A stretch of DNA of 53,457 nt, the filler included, from Squatina squatina (Eukaryota), in NCBI GenBank assembly GCA_031763465.1. It is 3 parts of 3 records of this genome, joined end to end, with 100 filler letters (N's around TTAATTAATTAA, not from the genome) between each part and the next. Parts side by side here need not be neighbours in the genome. Positions count along the whole stretch, not along the records: positions 30,271 to 53,457 come from JARFOE010000001.1; 2 more parts are not named here. One strand, given 5' to 3'. Below, piece by piece: positions 33,446 through 45,422 of the stretch. The notes beneath the pieces are model-generated. The model made no database searches. It had not been told where the DNA came from and was given only the letters and a program-made list of their open reading frames with translations. Each line of letters starts with the position of its first letter. Position 1 is the first letter of the stretch. A program made the translations under genes and the position numbers.

Positions 33446-36400
33446 CAAACCGTTCTTTTTGCTATCTATATAGTATTGTATATGCAATTAGTTATGTTGG
33501 AAAATAATATTGTTTGAAAATATATTCCTACAATGTTATACTTTAAGATCTCCTGCAGTAATAGAATGAGCATTGTATATGATAGTAATCAGAGTGGCAG
33601 GATGAAAGTCCGAGTGATTCTGAATCTGTCTCATTTGTAGGTTTACATTACAATATTTAAAACTTAAACTGACCAAAAAATGTAATTTTATTCATATTTG
33701 TAAAAGAGCTGATTACTCACATTTGCCAATTCTTGCCTTTTGCAGTGATTGATGACTGGGTGATTAGTGCAGATATGATGCAAGGAATTTTTGTGCAACC
33801 TANNNNNNNNNNNNNNNNNNNNNNNNNNNNNNNNNNNNNNNNNNNNNNNNNNNNNNNNNNNNNNNNNNNNNNNNNNNNNNNNNNNNNNNNNNNNNNNNNN
33901 NNAAAGCAGAACAAATAACCTCTTACAACATTTTTCAAAGAACATCAAGCATTTGAGAAGGAAATAGTTTGAGAAGCATTGTTCTTTCTGTTTCTTTCAT
34001 GTAATCTTTGAATCTGCTCCATCTGGAAACCACTGCTTCTTGACCTCATCCAGGATGGAGTCACACTTCCTAGCAGCCTCTGATGGAGAGATCAAACACA
34101 GACGGGTTTTGCCTTGGAGTCAAACTATTTCTTGCAAGATTATTCCAGATAAATTACAGAGACTAACTCTATAGTAGTAATCATTGAAAGTTGAAAGACC
34201 TGCTGTCGAAGGGACAAAATTCAGATTGAAATGAAAAATCAGGTTGTATTAAATTCCTAAGTGACCTTAAAGGACAGTGAGATTATTGGTTGTAAGGTCA
34301 ATACTATTGATATTTTACTAACTTATAGTCTGCCAACTTCAAAAAAACAAAATTATATTTTCCCTACCCCTTCAATTAATAAATAAATATCTGTTTGGAG
34401 CTGAGCCATGCAGAACGGGTAGGTCCCAGGTTAAATCCCTGAGATAGCTGATCTCAGACAGGGTAACAGTAAGAATGTTCCAATTAGCCAGATTGTAACT
34501 AGGCTAGGGGCAGGTCAAAAAAATCTGCCAAAGTTCGCATTCCTGATTTTTATTGAACCTTCTCTGCTGGAAATGCAATACATCTAGATAATGACAATAC
34601 TGGGCTCAGCCCTGAGCTTCTCCATTCCCACTTTTCCCTTATGGTCATTTCTGAGTCCAGTGAGACAAGCCCCCTAATATCGGGCAACTGAGACCCTGTG
34701 AGAAGCAAGCTATAGATTTCCAGGGGAAGCACTCAAAGTTGGGAAGCAACAATGGAGTGAGCTGTAGGGGCATTGTTTTNNNNNNNNNNNNNNNNNNNNN
34801 NNNNNNNNNNNNNNNNNNNNNNNNNNNNNNNNNNNNNNNNNNNNNNNNNNNNNNNNNNNNNNNNNNNNNNNNNNNNNNNTGATCGTCCCCCGCGACTGCC
34901 CTGGTCCAAGGAACAGCCACTGCCCAAGTCCAAAGAACAGCCACTGGACCAAGTCGCCACTTCACCGACCTGCCCGATTACCTTTTCCTTCTACATCGTA
35001 AGTGGCCTCTGAGCTCATTGAACGATGCCTCCTCTTCTTCCCTCAATAATCCTCTCCAAGCCCTGGTCCAGCGATGTTCTGATTCTCATGGAGGTTCTGC
35101 CTGACTACAAAAAGCTTTCACTTACCTGAGCTGCAACAACAGCAAAGGTAGGTTAGCAGCTCGCCTCTGGGACCTGCGGGGACTCTCACCTCAATGCATC
35201 TAAAGTCAGCGTGTTGCTCCTCCCGATCACTCCTCCCAGAAAAAAATGGCGAATTTTTCTACATGGTAGCGCCTCCGAATGGAGATGCTACTGAAGCCCA
35301 AACTTTAGAAATTAGGCATCCGCAGTGGCGTCAGGGAATTTGAGCTGAACTCACTCACACATGTACATTTTTCAGCAGGAACACGGTCATGTTTCAGGAG
35401 TTTTCATCATCCTGCCACAGAAATGATTTGGAAAAAATGAATATTAAATGTTGGGATTTTAAAGCAAAGTACATGCCCTCATATGTAAAAAAAAAGTGCA
35501 CTGAGAAAAAGGTGGTTAAATGCTAATGAGCTAGACATTGAAGTTGTTTCTGAATGGCCTCTGGTGGTTCCTTTAAGGACCATTGGTTAGGCCGCTCAGC
35601 ACCTGTAAAAATGGACGGAGCATCGGCAATGCATGATCCGCCTATTTGTGCCTCAAAATTGCAGTTGGGGTCCTATGTGAGTCACAAGATATTACAAGTG
35701 ACCTCCCACCTGAAACAGGCGGGTACTCTTGCAGCCCTCTCAGAACCCTACCCAAGAGCCAAAGCGCCAGTGTAAACATAGGGTTAAGTGACCTGACACC
35801 ATTTTCTGGCTGCTACCGCCCCATTTGCACTAGGCTGTGGCAGTCAAAATTGGCTNNNNNNNNNNCATTAATAATATGATGATAGAAAAGGTATGTGTGA
35901 GATACTTATTTATAACTTAATCAACAGTGCGCAAGACTCTAATGTTGACAGTGCTGATCATAACACCAGTAGCTGAAAACAAATTACTTATATGAATGGA
36001 TTGAAACTTATATCTGTCAGGTACGCTTTTTTCATTTGATGGCTCCTCTATATTGGGTGAACTAGATGACACAAACTGCCATATTTATTGATTGAGTCTA
36101 GCAGACTACTTAAATCCTCAGTGGATTAGTCAAGACCACAAGGCCATGGACCCTGCGGCCCTGAGGTCCTACATTTAATGAGGAGCTGAATCAATACTAC
36201 TTAATCTGTATCTAATAAATGCCTNNNNNNNNNNNNNNNNNNNNNNNNNNNNNNNNNNNNNNNNNNNNNNNNNNNNNNNNNNNNNNNNNNNNNNNNNNNN
36301 NNNNNNNNNNNNNNNNNNNNNNNNTATCTAATAAATGCCTAGGTGTACAGCATAGCTAGTTAGAGGTATGTGGACTGAATGAAGAAAAGGTTTATTATAG

Positions 36401-37099
36401 GTGTGGGATAATAAATACAAGGCAAACCAAACTTTACTTTGTCATCCACTACTCTTTCCTTTAGTGTGTAATCAATAGTTTCCAGTGATTATAGACCTTG
36501 TATAGACCAGTATGTATTTTTTTCATGACTGGCTATCGACAAGCTTTCTGGAATCTGCCTGCTTTGATCTTACCTTAAATCAATCAATCATGCTGACAGC
36601 CTGTATGAAATCGTTGCCTGCCAGGTTAAAGGTGAGCCACTTTTAGTCTCTCAAAGATCAGTGCTGTGGCTGCAGTTCGAGCTCTGAGGAATGAAGCTAA
36701 GCCAGTCTTTAAGAGGTGGGGACGGGGGCAGGGTGCAGGGAGGGGGTGGTGTAGGCTGTAACAGTGGAACATTTCGGAAAGCAGAACATGCAGGATGCTT
36801 TACCATGCAAAGCAACCAGTGCATCACAGTCTATTCACAGTATTTCTGAAGTATGGAATGTGAGAGTCAAAGGAGAGATTGCAATCTTATTACGAGGGTG
36901 CTCTGTAATCCATCTGACATTTTAAAGTATATAGGTCAGCAGACTTTCATTACCACTCTGCATTTTTGCATTGTTGTATTGTAATCCAGAAACACATGAG
37001 ATAAATGAAAATCTGGGTATGCTGTAAATCTGAAATATAACCAGAAGATGCTGGAAATATACTAGTCTGTCACATCTGAAAGAGCCCTCTTTTAGATGC

Positions 37100-37420
37100 T
37101 ATCTTCAGGTATTGTCCCCCTCCCTTTCAAACTCTGCTGTTCTCATACCTCCCTCATGGAAAACTTATCCTTGGTCGCTTGCAAACCACCATCCCATCTC
37201 CAATCTCTCTTTCCTCTTCAAAGTCCTTGAATGCATTGTCACCTTCCAAATCTGTACCAATCTTTCCCACAAACCCATGTTTGAATCTACCCAATCAGAT
37301 TTTTGTTCCTAACCAGCAAACCAGCAAACCGTCCTTAACCAAAGTCACAAATTATATACTCCCTTACTGTGGCCATGGTGCACTATTGCTCTTTGTCCTC
37401 CTTGCCCTATCTGTAGCCTT
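37100..37420 (+). mobile_element. Degenerate L2 RT fragment
   Basis: LANHHPISNLSFLFKVLECIV...FESTQSDF, resembling NYRPISNLPFLSKVLE. Confidence 0.7.
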
Positions 37421-39454
37421 TTGGCATGATGCTCTTGCTAGTAGAGTAACATGGGGTGTGCAGATTGTAAGAAAGTTGTAAGAAAGTCTTACCTCATAAG
37501 TCCTGGTCAGGTCATTGAATTTCTTCCTACATTACTGCCAGGTCTGTGGTGTCAGACTCCTGNNNNNNNNNNNNNNNNNNNNNNNNNNNNNNNNNNNNNN
37601 NNNNNNNNNNNNNNNNNNNNNNNNNNNNNNNNNNNNNNNNNNNNNNNNNNNNNNNNNNNNNNTGTACATCAACTCACAGTTTAATTTAACATGGAAGTGT
37701 TAAACGTTAAGTTTAAACTTGGCTTCACATTGGTCTGCAGTCTAGAGCTGGTGTCACTACTCTTACTATAATGCAGTCTACAGTCAAGTTTCTAATCAAA
37801 GTCCTGCATTATAATTACAGTTTGTGCTAATGGATATTAGAAACCGTGTTGCATCTATGCAAAACTCGTTATAACCAGTCTTTTGATGACTGCTGTAAAA
37901 TCCTGTTACTTTGTTTTTCACACTTGCGGTCTCCATCAATGTGAAAGAGTCAGTAAACAGGACAAATGGAATTGAAACCTCAGGACCACACTGCTATTAC
38001 ATTTTTTGACATTTTGATGAAGTTGTGTTTGACCTGCAGGGAAATATGTCAATATCTGGCAGCAGATGTTCACCTTTGAACTTACCTGCAGTAACCAGCG
38101 TGATTCATGAAATGAGGTCCAACTGAGGAGAAAAACAAAAATTACTTTGAAAAATTATTTTACCACAGAACGGTACAAATGAGATATTGTTTCTGTCTTC
38201 TGAATGTTTCAAGCCACACTGCAACACAAGTCAAGTTAGAATTATTAATTGCTGTAAAATATTGTTCTTCGATGTATCAAGGGTTGCAATTCATTTTTGG
38301 CAGTCAGTCTATACTCATCACTTTTTTGCCTCAAACTACAATNNNNNNNNNNNNNNNNNNNNNNNNNNNNNNNNNNNNNNNNNNNNNNNNNNNNNNNNNN
38401 NNNNNNNNNNNNNNNNNNNNNNNNNNNNNNNNNNNNNNNNNNCAAACTTCATCCATCACCATTCAAGTGTAGGTGACAACTTTCTACAGGGCAGAAGGCT
38501 TCTGAGCTGCACAAGTTCATAAAAAACAATAGAATGGTCACTCATGAGTGGGCCTTTAAGGTTATCTGCTGCAGCAATCACAGGTGGATTGTGTTACATG
38601 CATTGTGAGAACAAATTCTCCCATTTTTCATCAACTTTTCAATGCTGGGCCTAACCTCGAGCAATTAATTTCCAATAACTTTCTTGCTTCTCTTCATTTA
38701 TTTCTTGACATTGTTTTGCACTATATACTTTGAAACAAAAAAAAGTGGCTATTTTGCCAAAACTGAAAATGCATTTACTACCCTGTCACTGGTGAATTTC
38801 GGTCAAATGCACATTTGAAGCCAGCCAACTACTGACTGCTGTACAAGCCACCTGATATGGAAGAAAACACATTGATAAATGTGCAATTGCAAAGAAAATG
38901 TAACCCTTTCACTAGCTGTTCAAGATCCACTGAAACTCTCAGTTTCGTCCTGATGTTCCAGTAGCTGCTTAGATCTTCTCAGTTGTTCCTTTTTGCAAGT
39001 ACTTTTTCAGGGAATTCCTTTTAAATTATAATAAAGTTAGGGACAGGGAGGAGGGTAGCAAAGCCAACTGGAGGTGCGGGGATGGTTAATGGCATTAGGA
39101 TGATTTCAGAGGAGAAGTTAAAATTGGAAAAAATAATATCAATGGCCCCGATATATATGGGGAGGCTGGGAGGAAGTGGGGGGAGGTGCAGCGGGTGGAA
39201 AACCCAGAATATAGGTTTCCTGGAGGTCCTGCCGGATTAACAGCAGGACCTGATATAGATTTTCGGAGTCCTTTTGCCGGCTGGGAGCCAGCCAGATTGA
39301 GAGGCCGGCTGAATGTTGGGCGGGAAAGCCTGCAGCAGGAGAGAAGGGAGGAATCATGGGTCGAAAGAACATCATGAAGTGCGGAGGGAGAGTGTCTGGA
39401 GAAATTGCGGAGGATGGGGGGACAATCACATGGGAGGTGAACAGCTTTACAAAC

Positions 39455-39560
39455 AAAAAATGCTGGAAAAACTCAGCAGGTCAGGCAGCATCTGTAGAGA
39501 GAAAAACAGAGTCAGAGTTTCTGGTCGATGACCCTTCATCAGAACTGAAAAAAGCCAGAA
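39455..39560 (-). mobile_element. Short dispersed repeat resembling a Penelope-like terminal repeat (related fragments ~5213-5260, 20235-20330, 37040-37080, 40280-40320)
   Basis: Reverse complement gttctgatgaagggtcatcgaccagaaactctgactctg...gatgctgcctgacctgctgagtttttccagcattt, with a hammerhead-like core. Confidence 0.55.
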
Positions 39561-41764
39561 ATANNNNNNNNNNNNNNNNNNNNNNNNNNNNNNNNNNNNN
39601 NNNNNNNNNNNNNNNNNNNNNNNNNNNNNNNNNNNNNNNNNNNNNNNNNNNNNNNNNNNNNNNCAGAGCTGGTGTTCCAGTGTTAGATCATGCTGCGGCT
39701 GGTGGCTGTAGCAACATTTCTTAAAGTAGAACAATATCATCCATAAAGTTATGTCAGCAAAGTAAAACAAAAAGCTTCAGCCTCAGGGAAATTGAAACTA
39801 AAGATCTTTTTTTGCCACTGGCTTTAATAAAATGCTCTATTTGGAATAGCAGGCTACCTGATTTAAATGAAACATCAATGATTTTGCGGATGCTGTTATA
39901 ATGGTATTTTTGCCCGCAGCTGCTCCTATTTCATTTTAGATTTGTAAAGCCATCGTGTCTCATCATGTGAGCTGACCCACTGGATAAGCAAGTAGATGGA
40001 AAGAATAACAAAAAAGCTGAGAAAAANNNNNNNNNNTTGCCAAAGGTCTGCTCAGCATGTAAGAAGAAACACTTTTAAGAGACAAAAATCCCTTTACTGA
40101 CCTGATCAGATTGAATTTCACAGAACTTTTACAACTATGGCCTTTGGCCACTTTGCAAAGAATAAACCAAATCCAGCAACAGGGATAACAATGTAAAAAA
40201 AACTGTCATCTACTTTATTTAAAAGATCAGACACAGTTTTTTTTTCATTTTTCACTGGAGGCACTTTGCTTCTTTTTTCAGATGTTGATCAACCTGCTGT
40301 GCATATCCAAAATCTTTGCTTTTAATTATAAAGCCAAAATTTGGCACTGTGAATGTAACTTGCCTACAGTACTGTGCATAAGTACATCCCATAACTCACA
40401 AAATCCAAAGGGNNNNNNNNNNNNNNNNNNNNNNNNNNNNNNNNNNNNNNNNNNNNNNNNNNNNNNNNNNNNNNNNNNNNNNNNNNNNNNNNNNNNNNNN
40501 NNNNNNNNNNNNAGCTGATTCCAGTTTTCTTACAATTAACAGATCGGTCCTGAAACAGCCTGATAGATAAACAAATAAAATGTGATGACAAATGTGGGGT
40601 TTGCATAACAGGATTCGATCTATAGTATTGAAAAATGGTCCACAACAGATAAGCGAAAGGGATCCTATCGCTTAACAAACTGGCGTCCAAACTGCTGTTC
40701 AGTGAGCTGTACTATAAAAAGTGCTGATCTTGGTACCTGAAATCTCTAGGTTGAGAATTCTTTTCTGCCATTAGCAGCGGAAAGCCTTGAAGATGGTACT
40801 ATCTGTATGCACACAACAGAAAATGAGGAATAAATGGAAAAATACTGTTTCAACCCCTGCTATCCTACATCTTTTATCCTGTCTATTCGTGACAAGGAGC
40901 GAGTCAATGACTTGACTGAGACAAAACATAGATAAATGTATTTAATTATTGAATGATTAAAGGGATTGTGCATTGTCAGACAAAAAGGAAATTGCAAAGC
41001 CAAACAGAATAAATTGAATTGAACACTTGGACACTTTTTGAAAACTGCTANNNNNNNNNNNNNNNNNNNNNNNNNNNNNNNNNNNNNNNNNNNNNNNNNN
41101 NNNNNNNNNNNNNNNNNNNNNNNNNNNNNNNNNNNNNNNNNNNNNNNNNNAGCCTGTGAGAAAATCAGGCACAATCTACATCCTACAGCAGGAAATAAGG
41201 TCTTTAAATTGATACAGAAAAGGTACAACAGATTTACGAGCATCAGACAGCATTTTTAAAAAGAGGAAATGGCTATGATTTTCTAAATTAGAGAGCAATG
41301 TGCATACAACCATGTATTATGCAGTAAAGGATCAGCTGTTCCACAAGAACTTGGACCCCAGCAATCCTAATTGCCCTCCTGTTTCCTGTTATTTGAAGTG
41401 TTGAATGATATCAAGGATATGATTCATGTCTAAATGGATCACTTAGCATGGTAAACCACAGTATTCTAAGACAGAGGCTGTTCTAGAAAAAGAATCTAAC
41501 GCTGTTATGATAATGATTTTAACTCTTTCAGCTCTGCAACATTATTAGATGCCAAGTTAGTGTTGCAATGCTCTACAAGCGTAACACTGTTAAAATTCAT
41601 TTTTCCAGTACATTTGTCAAGAAAACTCTTGCTTGATAATAGCAGGTGTGAGGCCTGAACAATTTTCATCGTTCGGCCTCATTAGAATTATTTCCTTTAA
41701 AGAGGAGTTGGCAATCCGGGATGCATGTCATGGAGGGACTAACGATAAATGGGAAGAGTCTTGT

Positions 41765-42090
41765 AAGAACATAAGAACATAAGAAATAGGAGCAAGATTA
41801 GGCCATATGTCCCTCGAGCATGCTCCACCATTCAATAAGATCGTGGCTGATTATCAATCTCAACTCCAGTTTCCCTCCCTATCTCCATATTCCTTGATTC
41901 CCCGAGAGTCCAACAATCTATTGATCTCAGCCTTGAATATACTCAAAGATTCAGCATCTACAGCCCTCTGGGGCAGAGAATTCTAAAGATTCACAACCCT
42001 CTGAGTGAAGAAATTCCTCCTCATCTTGGTCTTAAATGGCCTACCCCTTATCCTGAGACTATGCCCCCTGGTTCTAGAAACTCCAGCCAG
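41765..42090 (-). mobile_element. CR1-like 3' end
   Basis: (aacataag)n tail; AGVSRTRGHSLRIRGRPFKTKMRRNFFTQRVVNL. Confidence 0.88.
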
Positions 42091-44974
42091 NNNNNNNNNN
42101 NNNNNNNNNNNNNNNNNNNNNNNNNNNNNNNNNNNNNNNNNNNNNNNNNNNNNNNNNNNNNNNNNNNNNNNNNNNNNNNNNNNNNNNNNNAAGTGACTGC
42201 GCTTCACAGACCCAACACTAAGTGGCGAGTGAGGCAATTGAAGTATTTAAAAGGGTGTTTAAAGGTACTTAAGCTGTATTTTACCGTCAACTTAACATTT
42301 TTCCAGCTTTTTGAGGAGTTTGACGGCGCTCGGAGACCATGTCAGGTAAGTAAGTCAGCTTTTCAATTACTCTCCTTTGCTCTGAATAGGTGACAGCTGC
42401 CAAAGTGAGATAAAAGCTACCATTTCACAGCTGTTCACTTTCCAATGAATGGGTACATTACGTCTGGCTAATCTAGTTGGATATTTTGAGGAGGTCACTG
42501 ACAGTGGATAGGGGAGCGTCTATGCAGGTTATCTGTAAGGGATCTGGAGCAATTGTGGATAAATGGGGATGAGCTACAGATCAGGATGACAGAGCATACC
42601 CAAAAGGCTGAATGGCCTACTCCTGTTCTTATGTTCCGATGACACTGATCTATCCATTCCCATGGGATTGGTACGAGAAAAGCTGTCACATTAACAATGT
42701 TGCCTTTCTTATTCTCTCTTTTGGTTTCAAACATTTAATAGTTTGTAATGAATAGAATCAATTTCCACATTTTAGCCATTCTAAGTACTGTGTCCAATAA
42801 TTGTATTTTAATTAATTGAAGTGCTAAACCCAAAACATTTAACACTCTAGAATTTAATATACTACATCCATCTTACAAATTAATGCACCCTAATTGAATA
42901 AATGTGTGTACAAATATAATACTGTTAAAGTACGCAGTAATGGACGTGAAAGTTGTAAATGCACGTTGTTTAAATTATTTATGTCAGGATTTGATAGTAC
43001 CCAAGGGAAACATAATGTCCAAATAAAATACATATTGTGAGTCTAATGTTGCTACAGCATATTACCTCACGTCTGGAAACATGCTGCACTGGATACTGAT
43101 ATATCAATAAATGAAAGTTGATTAAAATTTGTTTAGATGTGTTGTCCCACAGATAATTCAGTAGTAATTAAAGAGGATGTTTCTTGATAAATACCTGACT
43201 GTGTACTGTCAAACAATGGATATCGAGCAGTCAATCATACTGCAGAACAGTGACTACTATATTATTCATAGGTTGGCAAGCGATAGGAGGAAATACTTAA
43301 ATGTTTGGTTTTAAATCAATAATGCATTATATTACATGACTTAATCACCATCAACAGCAAATGTATTCTTTTTTTGTCCATTTTCTTCCTGCCTCCTCAT
43401 TGACTTCTTCACTGGAATGATGGCTTCATGGAGACCACCCAAGTGGCTATTCCTCACATGTAAGCCTTGGAATTAAGTAACTTGAAAAAGGTAGCACCTA
43501 GTTTGAGGGAGGCACAAACTGCTTGAAAGAACATAGAGCTGCTAAACTGCAGCAGAGTTTATTTCTTTCAAAAAATATCCCTTTTCTCCTGATGTTGCTG
43601 ACTCTTGCTGGGTTATATTGCCATGGGCACTTGTCATCTTTCAGTAACTCACCCAAGTTACTATTCTTTACATGTGAAGCTATAGAGTAACTGACGCCAG
43701 GTTCTTTGACTATGGTAGGCATCACAGCCGAGCCTGGTCCTGTCTCCACTCAATGTCATACAAACTGCATTTTCTTTTNNNNNNNNNNNNNNNNNNNNNN
43801 NNNNNNNNNNNNNNNNNNNNNNNNNNNNNNNNNNNNNNNNNNNNNNNNNNNNNNNNNNNNNNNNNNNNNNNNNNNNNNCTGGAGTGTCAGCCTAGATTTT
43901 TGTATTCAAGTATCAGGAGTGGGACTTTAGCCGATTACCTTCTCCCGCTCCTGTCACAGGCACTGAAGCACCTCCATAGCATCGGGCAAAGGTCAGCTAA
44001 CTTAACACAAAGCCGTGATCCAATCCAGGGACCTCGCCAGCTTGTATGATTCTGCTGCTTATTTCTTTAAAACGCTGAGCTCGGCAAGTTCACAAACTTA
44101 AACATTTTCCCCTTTTGGGGAATGTTTGGCATTCTACATGGTTGTGCTGATCAACCAAAGTGACATCCATGATACCAACAAGATCTACACATGGGCATTT
44201 ATCGAGACAAATTTAGTGTCCTAAAAGCACAGCTTCATGGGTTCATAACCTCAGTTACCCAAAGACTTGCGCAGTTGGCCTTGAGTTACTGTACTAGCTG
44301 TACATTTGCACAGCAGTTGGTTCAATACATTATTTTTTACATTTCAGAATGAGGCAATTCAATTCAAAAGATTGATTCAACCTGAAGCTTAAAACATATC
44401 GAATCAACTGTTGTAGAAACACTCAGCTGTGCACCTAACAAATACAATCTGGGTTGTGCAGTGTTTGCATGATGAAAGCTCAAAAACAGTAGCTTATTTT
44501 AATAAACCAATAAGGAATTGTAAAATTGCTTGGAGCAGCTGTCGCACAGCATATGCATCCAGCTGGCCCAATCCATTTTACCATGCAGGATCAATCCCGA
44601 TGCTTGTACTATAACTCGGCTCACTTGTTTAGGTCAATACGTTTAAATTGTAACTGTCCGATTGTATTTTTTTGCTCGCCTTGGGCGATCGTGCAGCCAT
44701 TAATAACAAGCACTGCTTTGCTTTGATGGGAATATATCCTGTTTGTTCCTTGAGATAGAATATTTTTTGCCACATCCATTTGTGTATCTGTAGGTACATT
44801 CCCTCCCCCCTCCCCATTCCCTTCTCTTGGCTCCTGAGTGTCTTGGCTCATGTTGAGTTTCCACAGATGCCGACACCCTCAATTAAGTGGCCATTTTTCA
44901 TGTGTGTCAGCTGACTACTTGACTATAGATGGCATCACAGGCAGTCCAATCCTGTTCATGACATTTCTGCAGCC

Positions 44975-45422
44975 ACCGATCTGTTCAACCACACCCTCGC
45001 CACCACCTTTGATGCCCTAGTCCCTTTTTAAACTATACTCTCTCTCACCCTGGCTGTTCCCCCTGGTACGGACTTCATCTTCGCTCCCTCATGTCCAAGA
45101 GGTGCGGTCTTGAACAGATATGGTGGGCAATAATTTAGCCATTCACTGCCAGATATGGCTGGACCACATAAAGCATTATCGGGTCCTTCTCTTGTCTACC
45201 AAAATTGCTCACTATTCAAGGGTCACTCTGGAATGCAGAGATAATCCCCAGCTACTTTTCTCTACTGCTAACCATATTCTTAAACCTCTCTTCCCTGTCT
45301 CCACCACACTCACCTCCAACAAGTGCGAGGAGCTCGTGGACTTCTTTGTTTGATTGAGATTGAGACCATCCGATTAGCTGCCTCTGCCACTTCCCTTCCT
45401 TCCCCTAGCCCACCGGGCCAAA
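44975..45422 (+). mobile_element. L2-like ORF2 internal fragment
   Basis: LATTFDALVP...PWY...LAIHCQIWLDHIKHYRVLL...NPQLLFSTANHILKP. Confidence 0.8.

Larger units (their letters stand above)
30513..33802. repeat. Local tandem duplication: three copies of a ~440-bp AT-rich segment (30513-30962, 31945-32387, 33446-33802+); copies 2 and 3 also share ~500 bp of left flank
   Basis: Near-identical blocks starting ttctttttgc(c/t)atctatat...taatattgtttgaaaa...tttgtaggtttacat...gtgcagatatgatgcaa recur at ~1.4-1.5 kb spacing. Confidence 0.92.
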
